NCBI GenBank assembly: GCA_013239625.1
Contig: MU053881.1
Location: 3,989,957-4,053,956 of the forward strand
Length of the DNA stretch: 64,000 bases
Reading direction: 5' to 3'
From: Lama guanicoe
Taxonomy: Eukaryota
Below, piece after piece: positions 1 to 12,859 of this stretch. The position numbers and the translations under genes were made by a program. The notes under the pieces are model-generated. The model did no database searches. It saw nothing but the letters and a program-made list of their open reading frames with translations, and was not told the origin of the DNA. Each line of letters begins with the position of its first letter. Position 1 is the stretch's first letter.

Positions 1-1320
1 CGGGTAAATGACTATAAGAATGACACGTGGAGCTGACGCTTCCTCACCAAGTCTACATGCAGAGTGGAGCGTGGCTGAGCGAGGCTTCTCCCAACTTCAG
101 CACGGCTTAGAGGCGTCACATGTGTTGTGTGTTTGTGTGTATGTGTGTGTGTGTGTGTTTTAATGAATTATTCTCTTAAGGTTTCCTTAAATGTGTACCA
201 TATCCTTAGAGTCCCCAGCGGGTTCTGGGCCCCTGCTCTACTCCAGGTACTTCCTTCTCGTGTGTAAACTGAGTGAAAAGTGTGTGAGGATGAGGTGGGT
301 GGATTGCTTCCTTGAAAATCTTTGGGGGGGGCAGTCACATAAGGAGAAAGTTCTGAAACTGCAGGGCCCTTAGAAGAGGCGGAGGCTGGAGTCCTGGACC
401 ACCTTGCACAGCACAACCTCTACACTGAGTTCCAGGCAAACGGAGAGAGGTGGGTTGGGAGGCCCGCAGTCGGGTGTGGACCAGTCAGGACACTACGGCC
501 AGTCCTGGACGGGAGGTCGGAGAGTTTCTTCTTCTTCAGGAAATCCTCAGGGTGTAAAGTCGGACCCGGTAATATAAAAACCCTGCCGAGACGTTTTAAC
601 GGGAGCAGATATGTCAGGAGCATTCTCAGGCTCCAATTTTCTCATTATAAAACTGACCGAAGTGTAAAAAAACGCCCAGCGCACATTTAATATCTCTAAT
701 ATGTGGCTGCCTTCTAGCCTCCGGAGAAGGACAGGTATTCATTTTCATAAATTACTTTTTAACTATTTTTTTTTCCAAAGGACGGGGGCGGGGATGGGGG
801 TGGTGAAAGAAAACAGAGACAAAACAGATGCCTTCAACCCTTTGATCAGCCTCACTGCAGACAAGCAGGCTGCCCGCTAGCACCTCTTTAACTACAGCTT
901 GCCAGGAGGAAAATGGGTGGTTTTAACTACAATTACAGTGCCTGCTGAAGGCCTGTCATCGCAGCCAGAGGGACCCGACCCCCAGCAGCTCCAGAATTAC
1001 AACCAGCGGGGCAGAGACTTAAATCCCCCCAGTGGCCAGCGGCTTCCACAGACCCAGAAGCTCAGGACCCGCCACCCAACCCCCTGCCGGGGTCTCCCAC
1101 CCCCGTCGCTATAAATATAGAAAACTCAAATCATACACACTAGCTCTGCTGGGCCAGACAGAGGAGAACGGAGCAGGAGACAGCGGTCTTATCTCACGCC
1201 CAGGAGTCGGGGAATGCGGCTGGAAGGGAGGGGAGGATGGGAGAGGCAGAGGTCAGGTTTCTGGAGGGTTCTGAGCAGAACAGGGGCAGCCTACTCGGAC
1301 TAGAACCACCAGTTGCCGAA
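1..1320. promoter_or_regulatory. CpG-retaining domain (CpG-island shore-like), may continue left of the window
   Basis: CpG about as frequent as GpC (14 CpG counted in 421-700) at moderate GC; CACGTG and TGACGC motifs at 24-39. Confidence 0.45.
121..158. repeat. Imperfect (TG)n microsatellite
   Basis: Direct reading. Confidence 0.95.
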
Positions 1321-1479
1321 GAGACTGAGAGCATCCAGGCTGGCCTCTGGGATATTAAGCATCAAATAGTTATTGACTTGTTTCCAAAGGAAAAAGAGGA
1401 GATGATAATGTTGACTCAGGCCACTATCCCCAGGCACAGGGTAGACCCTTGGAAAAAATCTCTTAGTTAAATAAGGATC

Positions 1480-1845
1480 ACTCATGTGGAATCTAAAGCA
1501 GAAAAAAGAAAGAAAGACACAAATGAACTTATTCACAAAACAGAAACAGACTCATAGGCACAGAAAACAAACTTATGGTTACCAGGAGGGGAATGGGGTA
1601 GGAAGGGATAAATAGGAAGTTCAAGATTTGCAAATACTAACTACTATATTTAAAATAGATAAACAGCAAGTTTCTTCTGTATAGCACAGGGAACTATATT
1701 CAGTATCTTGTAGCAACCTACAGTGAAAAAAAATATGAAAAGGAATATATGTATGTATATGTGTGACTGAAACATTATGATACATACCAGAAATTGACAC
1801 AACATTGCAAACTGACTATACTTCAATTAAAAAATAATAACAATT
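1480..1845 (+). mobile_element. 5'-truncated LINE-1 3' end (artiodactyl/camelid type)
   Basis: atgtggaatctaaa...acaaatgaacttattcacaaaacagaaacagactca...gtatagcacagggaactatattcagtatcttgta...actgactatacttcaattaaaaaa; A-rich tail. Confidence 0.9.
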
Positions 1846-2067
1846 AACAAAACTAATGGGGGCTGCCAAAGTTTTAGAGGAGAAAATTGAAATTCATAGA
1901 AGTTCAGTGACCTGCCCATGGTCACCCAAGCAGGGCTGAGGGGGCTGATGCTGGAGGCCGGACTGGGATCCAGGTGTGTGCTGCCCATCTGAGGAAGGGC
2001 AGTGCACTTCCCAGCACGGAATACAGGTCCAGGATGCCATCCTGACTCTCTACCCTGACTCCCTCCC

Positions 2068-2272
2068 TGGGGTGAGGCACTTGCCTTGGGAGTGGATTTT
2101 AAAGGGATATCAAAAAAACTCAGTAATCAAGATAAGCAATATTTTAATGCAATATATTCCCAACGTCAAAGTTAATGCAAAGATTATATGACCAAAATAC
2201 TAAATTTTACAATAAAATCGGTTTTACGGATGTTTCCATTTGCTCAGGTTCCACGTAACTTGGCACGACATG
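2068..2272. mobile_element. hAT DNA transposon relic (MER53-like)
   Basis: gaggcacttgcct...aaaaaactcagtaatcaagataagcaatattttaatgcaata resembles the MER53 consensus as I recall it. Confidence 0.6.
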
Positions 2273-3109
2273 GTTGACCTAAATGGCTGTGTGACCTTGG
2301 GTGTCCAGTTTCCCTCTTTGGGCCTCAGTTTCCTGGTCTGCCCAAAGGGAGCAGACTGGAGGCTCCTAGGGGGCCCTTCCACCTCTCACATGATAGAGTA
2401 AGGGTTCAAGTCCCAGCCTGGTCTATTGGCGGTTTCTGGTGTGGGCACGGGCCCTGCAGAGGTACCTGCTGGTTGGTAGCTGTGATGATGGGGAAGGGAT
2501 GTGGGGGAGCACTTACTTCCAGACTCACCTCCTGTCCTTGTGCAGCATCTGAGCTGAGTTTCAAAAGTGCTTCCCTAAGCATGCACAGGAATGAAGGTCA
2601 ACTGCAGACAGGACGCTGGTGCATTTTTGGCTCCCAGGGACCAGAATGGCTTGAAGGGAGTTCTGCCAGCTTTGCGTGGTGGTGGCGGCAAGGACAGACC
2701 ATCGTGAAGTCACTGACGGCTCTGGACTGTTCTGGGATGTCAGCTCTTGGGGTCACTGTTCTTCACTGATGTGGCTTTTTCATTTATTCCCCCCCCAACC
2801 CATCAGCAGAAATTCTCTTATTTTAAGAATAATGAAAAGAACCGCCAGGGAACTGTTGCAGTGATTTGCTTAATTTTTTCTGACATTTGCTTTGTAATTG
2901 AATTTCTCATTCAGTCTTCTCCCACAAATTAGTGCAATAGACTAGTGCCAGCCCGCCATTCACCAACTCATTCGATCATTCACTCACTTAAACAAACAGA
3001 TACTAATACTGGCTGAAAGGACTGACAATTCACTAAATGCCTCCTGGCACAAGGCGCCACACCAGGCCATCATCTCTTGACCCAGCCCTTGACCCACCCA
3101 GTCCCAGCA

Positions 3110-3720
3110 CATATCATGCACTTATTAGGTGCCAGGTGCTGGACCATGCTCTGGATTTATACTATGGAAAGAATCAGACTCATTGCTAGTCTCAGAAAAC
3201 TGAGGCTGGAGAGCCTGATATTAACCAAACAGTAAATATGCAAATTATAGCTCCCACCTCTGTGATGGTCAATGAGATGTGTCCGCTTGACCTGGCCACA
3301 ATACCTGGGTAACCATTATTTCTGGGTGTGTCCGGGAGGGTGCTTCTGGATAAGATTGGCATTTGAATCAGAACAGCCAGGGAGAAAAGTCACACAGCCC
3401 TCTGAAATCATACAACAGGAGGACCCAGCCTGGTCAAGAGGATCAGGAGAGGCTTATCCCAAGAAGTGCTAGTGGGACTGGAATATTGGAGGCAGCCAGC
3501 AGTTAACTAAGTGAGGAGGGAGAGGGAAGAGCATCTGGCACAGAGTGCAGCATGTGCAAAGGTCCTGGGGGAAGGAGGCAGGTGAGTCTGAGAAACTGGA
3601 ACAGGGCTCAGGTGGCTGGAGTGCAGAGAGGGCCATGGGACTTGGTGTGGGATGAGGCTGGAGAGGTCCACGATCTGCGTCCGGATCCTGCAGGGCCTCA
3701 AAGGCTGTGAAGAAGAGATG
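3110..3720 (-). mobile_element. L2 LINE relic, interrupted by an MLT2 fragment
   Basis: cacttattaggtgccaggtgctgg...cagcatgtgcaaaggtcctgggg are typical antisense L2 3' phrases. Confidence 0.65.
3261..3372 (+). mobile_element. MLT2 (ERVL) LTR 5' fragment
   Basis: tgtgatggtcaat...attatttctgggtgtgtccgggagggtgcttctggataagattggcatttgaatcag. Confidence 0.75.
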
Positions 3721-4234
3721 GGCCTTGGCATTACCACCCTGACCACACTAGTTGTTACTGTTACTGTTACCACAATTTTTCAGATAAAGAAAATAAGGCT
3801 CCAGGGGGTTTACTCATTGGCCCAGCAAACATTTATTGAGCACCGGCTATGTGTCCGGTGCTGCACTGGGTGTTGGGGAAATAGCAGAGGGCTGGGAGCT
3901 TTCACCCACACCAGTGACAGAGGCAGGACGGGTCTGCATGTCTGCACACGTCACTGCTTCCTGGGCCCAGCACTGGGGTGGAAGATGCCCACTGTCCTCC
4001 CCACCAAGTGCTCACAGTCCAGTGGTGAACTGGGGGTCAAATGCCTTCCCTCGGTGACCTGTTCCCCCGGGTCCAGACCCAGCACCCTAGCCCCTTCGTG
4101 ATGTCACACCACACCCCAAATCTCCAAAGAGAAAGGCTGAAACGGAGGCTCAGGGCTGTGTCCCTGGCCAGGAAAGTGGCAGAGGAAAGCTCCATAGACC
4201 TTCAGCTGTTAAGCCAAATCTAGACCACTCCCCA

Positions 4235-4557
4235 ATCTTGTTTTCATTTTTGTGGATTGAACATGGATTCTTTGCTGCTCCTTCCTTCAAGAGGTGGAGG
4301 CTGTTCCCCCTCTTCCTCACTCTGGGTGGTCCTTGTGACTCCCTTGGACCACTGCCAAGTGATGGGACAGCACATGGAGGGAGTGAGCAGATGGAGGACC
4401 CCAGGGGGCGAGAGGAGCCGGGTGAATGAGCATCCCCAGGTGAGACCAGCAGAGGAACTGCCCAGCGAACCCACAGACCCATGAGAGGTTATAGATCACT
4501 ATGCTTTAAGTCACTAAGTTTTGGGGTGTTTTGTTCTCCATCAAGAGATAACTGAAG
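4235..4557 (+). mobile_element. MLT1F/G-like MaLR LTR
   Basis: ttcaagaggtggaggctgttcccc; terminal ctaagttttggggtgttttgtt...agataactgaa. Confidence 0.75.
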
Positions 4558-4599
4558 GACCAGTGGATGTGCCTCCAGGAGAAATTAAAGAATGATCTA

Positions 4600-5112
4600 T
4601 GGAGAGGAGACCTGTGTTGTTTCTACTCAGCATCCATTTCCCTTTCTTCTGCTAAGTGCACCCCAGTTTTTTCCCAAGGTTCTTCAGGGAACCACCCCTC
4701 CCCCACTCCCAGGTGTGGTGGGTGGAGCTGTCTTCCTCCAGCTCCAGGTGTGATGGTTAACCCAGAGGACTGGACAGTCTGAGCATGGATCTCCCCGTGG
4801 CCACAGTGACTGGTTCAGAGATGGGCACAGAGCCCATCAGAGCTACTATTCCTGGGACATTTGCTCAAAGGATTGGAAAAGAAACAGGTAGATTCTTTCC
4901 GGCTGGATTTGAAACTAAGAGGAGATAAAACTGGAGCTGTTGATGGTTATCTTAACACCATATGGAGAGAACCTGTTGGAAAATGGAGCCCTTACCAAGG
5001 AAAGCAAGGCTCTGAATTGGAGAAATATTGTGGAGATGTCATTTGGACACCTTGATATAGCCATGCCTGATGTCATGCTGATTCTGGACTTTTGGATTTT
5101 GTGAACCCACAG
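4600..5112 (+). mobile_element. Old MLT1 (J/K/L-like) MaLR LTR relic
   Basis: ggccacagtgactggttcagagatgggcac; ccatgcctga...ctggacttttgg...tgtgaaccc. Confidence 0.6.
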
Positions 5113-5139
5113 GTCTTTCCCTGTGGTGACCATGAAAAC

Positions 5140-5535
5140 GTGCCATTCAGACCTGCTGCTGTGTGACCTCTGCATCTTCCACCACATTTGCTCCCAGGCC
5201 AGCTTCCCTCCTTGTCCTCCAACACGGGGCTGCTTCCAGCCAGTGGCTGAGCATCTGAGAGCATTAGTGTCATCACATGTCCCATTCTTATGAGTCCCCT
5301 CTCTCTGGTGATTTGGTTCGAAGCTTCCCTATTGGCCTGGCCGAAACTTTGTTAGAAATTGCACTGCAGTCCAAGACTCTACCTAACCCTCCTTCCTTCC
5401 TTCTCTCCTTCACAGGACCAGAGCTGAATCAGCCTGCCCCCTCCCCTTCGACCTTCTGAAGTGTATCCAGCCGTAAATTTCTTACATGTGTATTTCCATC
5501 TTGGCATCTGCTGCCTCGGAACACCTGAACTGACT
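5140..5535 (+). mobile_element. LTR16-like ERVL LTR
   Basis: ggccgaaactttgttagaaattgcactgcagtccaagactct...ccatcttggcatctgctgcctcggaacacctgaactga. Confidence 0.75.
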
Positions 5536-5994
5536 CCCCTACCCCTTTTTGTTGCCCTCTTAAGCCAGTTTGACCTGGGTTTCTGACACTTTCAATCAAA
5601 TCGTCTCTGACATACACAGGTCCCCTGCTGGGACACTCAGGTCCTGTCCCATAGATGACAGAGACCACTGGAGGGTGTGGGTCAGATCTCCGCGGTGGCA
5701 CCCTCTGCAGATACATGGCGAGGGGGTGAGGGGTGGACTGGAAGTGGGGACTGGAGGAGGAGGAGGACCAGTCAGGGGACGGGACGTGTGAGCTGAGCCA
5801 GTGCAAGTGCGGATGGAAGGCGGGGAGGGGTTGGGAAGGTGTTTTCAAGGAGGTCTTACCAGGATCTGGTGACGGCTTTGAAGGGGGGGGGGGTGGACAG
5901 CAAGGAACAGAAAGAGCCTCCTAGTCGTCAGCTTTGTAAATCACAGTGGTGGTGAAGCCTCTCTCTGGGGTGCCTCCTGTGGACGCTTGTCTTA

Positions 5995-6175
5995 ATATCA
6001 CAACTGCCCTAGGAGTCCTTACATTATCATTAATCCTCTTCCCCATTTTGCAGATGAGAAAACTGAGACATTGAAGTTTAAAAACCTTGCCCAGTGTCCG
6101 ACAGCTGGCATATGATGTTGCTAGGATTTAAACCCAAGTCCATCTGGCTGTTAAAGTCCGTGTACTCGGCTTCCA
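5995..6175 (-). mobile_element. MIR SINE
   Basis: ccccattttgcagatgagaaaactgag core; ggatttaaacccaagtc. Confidence 0.8.
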
Positions 6176-8334
6176 CCTTCTGCTTTGCCATCCATGGGGA
6201 CCCCCTTTTCCTCCTCCTCTCAGGAGCTGCCAGCCACCTCCCAGAACAACCTCAGATCCACCCTCTCTGAATGGATGGAGAGACAGCCTGGATTTCCGCA
6301 CCGTCATTCATCTCCTTTGTCCATTTTTCTCTGTCATCCCTTGTACTCTTTAAATAGCTGGCTCACTGGCTGGAGGAAGGAAAGAAATGAAAAAAAGACC
6401 TTGACAAACTGTTCTTTACTCCACCGTGTTGTCACTGTTTTTATGTGTTGCACATGTATCAGATCAAGTGTTAGCAGCATTTCAATGGACACTAGGCCCT
6501 CCACCGGCGCCCTCATTTCCTCCATGTCTCATCCTTCTGCAGACATGGCCTCACCTGGCAGAGGCAGCTGACTTTTAATTTAAACCCCTATGCAATTTTA
6601 CCACCTTCTTGGAAAGGAAAGGGGCTTTGCAGAGAAAGCCACTCTGCTCATCCTTTGGCAGCAAAGAATGGAAACATCTCTGGCCACACCTTTTGGCAAA
6701 CATGGAAGCGCTCTTCTTTCCACCTGCCCCGTCTTCCCTGGGCAGGTCCCTTGTGGATTGTATTCTGTGCATCTCCCTCCCCATCTCCCACCAGCAAACA
6801 CACACCGCGCTGCATCCCTCTTCAGCAGTCAGAGACTGACTTCTCCGATGTTCAGATATTCACCAGCCTCTCCAGGAAACGGGGATGTGAAGATTAGAGA
6901 CGAAAGGGCAAATGATCATGGCAGCAGTGATAAAAAATAAACTGGGCAAAATGGTTTCACGGAGCACTGATGAAAACCAGATGTGTCCAGGGAGATGGCT
7001 GGCCGACCCTGTGTTTGTAAGGGAGCAGCGGGCTGCGTTGGAACTGTGTCCACCCGATGCACTGAGGCGACAGGTTCTCAGATGCCCGCTGGATGCTCAT
7101 GGTCATGGTGGCTCTGAACTGGCTTAATAAAGAGTCAGTGCACTCTGGCCCTCAAATGACCACATAGGGCATCGCAGGTTATTTTGAATGAATGCAGAAA
7201 GGAAAGAAAAGGGAAGAGATGGAGAAGGGAGGAGAGAGGGAGGGAGGGAAGGGGAAAGAAAGAGTGGAGGAAAGAAAAGACGAGTGAGCGCCACCTACTG
7301 CATCAGGCACATCACACAGTGTCTCACTAAGAAGCCCCAGTGCCCTGGCAGTGATGTCTTCACCTGCATTCGGCAGGTGACGGATGCTGTGCCCAGAGGT
7401 GAGACCAACCACCTGGTCTGCAAAGGTGGGGCAAAGCTTAGAATTTAGAACCTGGCAACAGGCAAAGACATTCACTTCATCAGTGACATGGGACAAACCA
7501 AAGTCCTGGCCAGAAAATTACCTCCCATGTCTGAATTTACTCCTGGAAATGACACAAGTCGACCCATGGCTACAGACCTTCAGAGCTGACACTCAGATCT
7601 CCCCAGATGGACCGTGACAGTGGCTGCACCTTAGCTGTCATACGTCCAGGATACAGCCCCACCCCCACCAGGCACCTGCATCCAGGGACCCTGGAGGGTC
7701 CTACAGGAGGTCAGTGACAGTCCTCTTGTCCTCTGCCTCAGATGCCTCTCCAGACCCATGTCACTAAGTCCCTTCGTGCCGTTGTCCCACACTGGATCTG
7801 TGGGTGCTGAGGTCTGGTTCAGGGACCCCCTGGCCAAGCAGTCCCTCAGCTCCATCCCCAGCCCCTCGGTGCACCAGGCTCAAACCGAGGTGCCTGAGCT
7901 GAGTGGGGGGACAGTATTCAAAACAGACCTCAGGGACCCTGGCCACTGCCTTCCCCAGGCTCAGTGGGCAAAGCCACTGCCTCATTCTCCTTCAGTCACG
8001 AACAACCAAAAATCTCACTAAATGGACCCCTGGAACGGGGGTCTGCCCGGGCCTTTCCCAGACAGGCCCGGGCTTGTCTGAATTCCAGAGTGCAGTCGGC
8101 TAGAATCCTCACTCTCCGATTTCATTTCGGAAGCCAGGTCCTACCTATGTTCCCAGATAAGCTTCAGGATAATCCAGTCATGTTGGCAGGGAACCTGGTT
8201 CTCGCTCCTCTGCAAGTGGGGAGCCTGGAGCTCAGAAGGTCACATGGAGGGAGGGGTGAGGATCGGACCCCTGGCTTCTGAGAGCACGGCTCCCCCTCCT
8301 GCCTTTCCATCCTTGGAGGCTGGTGGTCACCAGC

Positions 8335-8470
8335 TCGAGTCTGGAGTCAGGGAACCTGCGTTCCAACCCCGGCTCTTTTGTCAGTTCCATCCGCCTCAAT
8401 CTCTTTGTCTGTAAAACAAATGTAGAAACCATCCCCATCCGTCAAGGCTGTTGTGAGGATTAAATGGAAG
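8335..8470 (+). mobile_element. MIR SINE
   Basis: ctggagtcag...ctgtaaaac...gttgtgaggattaaatg. Confidence 0.75.
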
Positions 8471-9335
8471 GACTCCTACAAGAACTGAGCTGAGCTCCTG
8501 CCACAGAGATAGCGCTCACTGGCCATCAGTGGTCCATGCCAATGGGCCGGAGACAAGGATGTTCCGACTGACGCATCCAGCTCTGAACAGCCACTCGCCC
8601 TCGGTCGGAGGAAACGCCCTGTGCATGACCCCACCCTGACACTTTGGCTATAAAATGGGTATAACAATGTATCTTATTCCATGGAGTTCAGGTAAGGATT
8701 AAACACCAACAAATGTGACGGCTTCTGGGAAACTGCCAGGTGAATCCATTCTCATTGCCACCAGCAGCCTAGCGCCTTCTTGGCCGGGGCTCTTAGGGAA
8801 AATTCTCCCAGGTCTGAAGAAGAAGGGCAGACCCGCCCCGCTGACTGAGCCCCCGGGATGGGGCGACACCAGCTCCTCCAGGCCTCGGAGGAAATCTTTC
8901 CGTTTTTACGGATGGGGAAACTGAGGCTCGGCAGTGCCGCAGGGCATGGGAGTGAGAACCAGGGATTCAAACCCAGTTCCATCTGACCCTCCCGTGCCTA
9001 GAGGTCCTGGAGGGAGGTCCACGGGGCCCCCTCTGATCAGTCTCCGCGGAGATTTTTAATTAAAACCCGAGACATAGGTTGGTAAGAGGTGACAGAAAGA
9101 AATGGTCTAGAGGTGGGCTTGTTAGAGCTCCCCCACATGGGAGGCCAGGCAGAGGCTCCTTGGATGCGCCTGTGCTGGGGAGGTGGGCAGCGATGAGCTG
9201 GGTTATAACCTGGGGCCCAGAGACCGCCGCCCCGCCCGCCCCCGTGGCCCCAGGTCAGGCGGAGAAAGGAGAAAGCTGATCCCAGCTGTGTCTCTCCTGC
9301 GGGTACCGCCTGGCTGGCGCCCCTGAGTCGGACAA

Positions 9336-9354
9336 TGGCGCCCTCTGCTGGCCG
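9336..9354 (-). promoter_or_regulatory. CTCF motif
   Basis: Reverse complement CGGCCAGCAGAGGGCGCCA matches the CTCF core consensus CC(A/G)(C/G)(C/T)AG(A/G)(G/T)GGC(A/G). Confidence 0.65.
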
Positions 9355-11122
9355 CACAGAGAAAAGCAGCTTCAAGGAGACGCCTTCCTGCCCGGGCCTC
9401 AAGGCCTTTAATGCTAATAATAAATAAAACGTTTAATGCTAATAACAGAAACAGTGACCGTAATGATGATGCTGACACCCAGTAATGCCAGATAATGACA
9501 TTCCGAGGAGGAGGAGTGGAGGCTTTTGTGAAGCACTCAGTGCCAGGCGCTGAGCTAGGAGTTGTGATCTTATCTTGTCTTAAGCACTAGCATTGTCTGT
9601 CACGTGCAGAAAAATAAGGGCAGTGCAGAGGGTTTAATGAACTGGCCGCAGGCAAAGCTGGAACCTTCCACCCCTGCCACTGCCCTGCACTCTCCAGCTG
9701 GGCCCCCTTCACTCACGCCCCACTTAGCAGCCCTGACCACACGGTCCGGTTTCGTCCCCTGTTTACTTAGGTGGCTGGGGTGCTGGGTAAGCTCAGTGCA
9801 AACCCACAGACAGACACTGGAGCTGGAAAGTAAGGGGGGGACTGGGTGAATCGTTTTCAAGCTGCACCCAGAGAAGGCTGCGCTCTGGGGGGAGCGGGGA
9901 CCGTCCCCTCCAGCCAGGGGCTCTAGGCCACTGCAGGTGCCCACTTTCTCTCTCCAGCTGTTTTGTGGTGGGGGAGCAGTCACATTGCGTGAGGAAGAGC
10001 CAGATCAGCAGCCAAAATCCATGACCTTGTCAAAGCTGAAAAAGCAGGAGGGGTTCATTTAATTCATTAAAAAAGGGAAAAAAAAGGTTCAGATCTCATT
10101 GACTTCTCCAAGCTGCACGCTCGCTCTGTTGATCAAGGCCCTGGTTCCTCCCAAGGCCTTGGTGGCATCTGCAATGTGTCCCTGTGACCCAGATCTTGAT
10201 CCTTTTTCCAAAGAGCTGGCTGGGGAAGAGAGCAGAAGGGGCCCAGTCTGGACTCGCAAAGTCCACTGAGGCTCTGAGCACACCCCTGTCAGAGCCAGAG
10301 GCCTGCCCCTTGCAACTCCTCTCCTGAAATAAGTCAAGGCCCCTCTCCTCAGTGTCACATGCCGGCAGCCCTCGGGTTGTTCATTTGTCTTTCTTTGACC
10401 CAGTTGGAAAAAGACAAAAATTACATAAACATCTTTTCCCATCTGTAGAAAGACGGCGTAAATAATTACATCCCCATCATTTACTGGGAGACGGTGTGCT
10501 GGTAGAATGTGGCTGATCTCTCTGGCTGCAAATTTGGAACAATCACCAAGATACATTGTTAAGTGGAAACAAAGTGAATACATAGCACATCACTATTGTT
10601 TTAAAAAAGGTAAGTATATGTATCTGTACTTTTTCAAACCTGAGGGCATATACACATACTATGTAGTGGGAGAAGGTACGAGAAACTGATGACATTGGTT
10701 TTCTTAGCAAAGGGACTGGCAGATGGGAAGGAGAATTAACCTTTCTTATAAACTTTTTTTGTTCCATTTTAATTTTTAGAGTAATGTGTGGATATTGGTT
10801 GAATATAAACAGTAACCTTGATTAAGCCCTGGCTCCGGGCCTGGCGTGGTTCTACGTGTTCTGCACGTCATGCAGGCGTCCTCCCCACCTGGGAGTTACA
10901 GGTGTGGCATTGTTTGGGGAGAGAGAGCTGTCCAGCCGGGAACTTCATTCCCCAGCTGGCCTTGCGCCCGGTGGTGGCCACGTGACTCGCTCGAGCCAGA
11001 CCCTTTCCGTGCAACATTGTATAGATAATGAAACAGAGACTTGGGACTTGTCCAAGGTCACACAACCAGTGACAGGCCGGTGCAGTCTGAGGCTGCCGCT
11101 CTCACTCCCAAATCCATGCTAT

Positions 11123-11660
11123 TGTTAAAAAAAGAAAAAGAAAAAGAAAAAGAAAAGAAAGAAAATGACTAATAACACTTGCTGAAATTGGTAAGGAAGA
11201 CTTTATCCAAGGGGGCCAACATGATGGGTGCAGGGACACTGCCGAGGGGTCTTGAGGCGGGGAGAGAGGGCACAACCCAGCATATGAACACGACGTGGGC
11301 AGGTGGGAATTTACAGCCACGGAGTAGGGTGGGGTCGGGGCCTGGGAAAGCATGAGGAGGAAACCCCAGGGCGAGGAGGGGGGTCTGACCTTGTTGAATG
11401 AACACTGCTAACACCGGCACGGATGTCAGAAGAAGAGGCAGGTCTCAAACACAGACAAGAGGAACTGGAATAGAGAAGTTCATTCTTCCTGGGTCCTGGA
11501 GGAACGCAGGGCACAATCTGAGGGGCTGCCGGGGGAGGGCGAGGCAGAGTGTGGACAGGGAGGCAGGACGCCTTTATGAGGGTCTGCGAGCGGGGTTCTG
11601 GGGCAAAGGCCAGGTTGGTCCATTTAAACCAAAAGCATGAGGTTTCGGTAAGTCCCATGG
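11123..11660 (-). mobile_element. ERV1-group solo LTR (MER31/MER67-like) with a (GAAAA)n run near its 3' end
   Basis: Minus strand reads ccccaccctactccgtggctgtaaattcccacc...ggataaagtcttccttaccaatttcagcaagtgttatta...ttttttaaca; LTR 5' boundary approximate. Confidence 0.7.
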
Positions 11661-12577
11661 GGGTCGTATGTAAGGGGCATCTGAGGCAGACAGGTGCTGG
11701 GAGGCAGAGGAGGCTGCTGGTCCCCAGGGCTGCTGGGGAAGCCAGACCAGGGTCTCCACTTGCTTGTGACTCTGTGGAGTCCAGGGCACACGCCCCCATT
11801 TCCACCCGGCGGTCCAGGATGGGCACAGAGCAAGGAGAGGGTCTTCTCTCCCAATACAGGGGGCTCTGAACATGCCCCCCGAGGACTCCGACTTACGGAC
11901 CCGGCAAACTGCAGAAGGCCAGATGTGGGTGTCAGTGAATGATCAGGGTTGAGGGGGGCTCCTGAGAGGCTTTCGGGGAGATGAATAAACTGAGGTAATC
12001 CCTCCAGGGGGTCGCCGTGCACCCACTACAGAGCAGATGACCTGGGGAGACGGCCACGATCCTTCAGTGAAAACAGCAAGTCAAAGAGAAACATATGAGG
12101 CATTATTTCATTTTTGGTCAAACAAAAAGCCACCAAAGACGGACGTGACTGTATGTATGAGCACAGAGGAATATTTAGGAAGCAAATCCCGAGCTTGCTC
12201 AGATCTGAAAATTCCACAGCCCCAAGGACAAGCGTCTCCTCTGAGAGCTTCCCACTCAGGGACGGCCGTGCTGGGAACATTTGCACCAGGGAAACTGGTA
12301 AATGCTGCACATTCCGGTTTTATGCCCTGGAAGACAGTTGTTAAACTTTTACTAGCATGTCACTGCCACCAAGCGCAGAAAAGGGGGACAGATGCTGTCT
12401 CCAGAAGCTCCTACTTGAAGACTTGCTTAGTTCCCTCGCCGGAAAATGCAAGAACACGGATTGATCTGAGAGCACGCGGGAGACCCAGCCGGGCTCCATC
12501 CAAGGAACAGTGTTCTTCCCGGAGGAGGCTGTGGTCTGGGCAGCCCGAGGCACTGCCCCAGGGGCGATGCTGCGTCC

Positions 12578-12596
12578 TCGCCACTGGAGGGCAGTG
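12578..12596 (+). promoter_or_regulatory. CTCF-like motif
   Basis: TCGCCACTGGAGGGCAGTG, one mismatch to the core consensus. Confidence 0.5.
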
Positions 12597-12859
12597 TAGC
12601 CACAGCCTGGTCACCTGCGCAGCCTGGCGGAGCCTGGAGGGGGCTCCCGACCTCTGCGTGAAGCCCGCAGCTCCTCAGCCCCTTAGGGCCCGGGGACCCT
12701 CCCCTGGGGGTGGAGGGGGGGAGAGGGGAGAGGACTCAAACCTTAGCGTCCTTCAACCCAAAGTGTTAATTTCAAGAGTGAGGAATAACAGTAACAGCCA
12801 CTCAAGGTGTCACCATCTAAGCCATGTGGTGTCACTTACCAGAATGTGACAGCCCCTAC

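Noticed and set aside
421..700. Suspected complemented-not-reversed or foreign insert because of the CpG excess
   Set aside because: GpC is not depleted, a MIR-like core reads in normal orientation, and CpG enrichment continues smoothly to ~1320.
10962..10980. Possible fourth CTCF site (minus strand TGGCCACCACCGGGCGCAA)
   Set aside because: Two mismatches in the central AG(A/G) core positions.
12037..12849. 270-aa plus-strand ORF
   Set aside because: Starts in L1ME-like sequence and runs through GC-rich DNA; no recognisable domain or exon boundaries.
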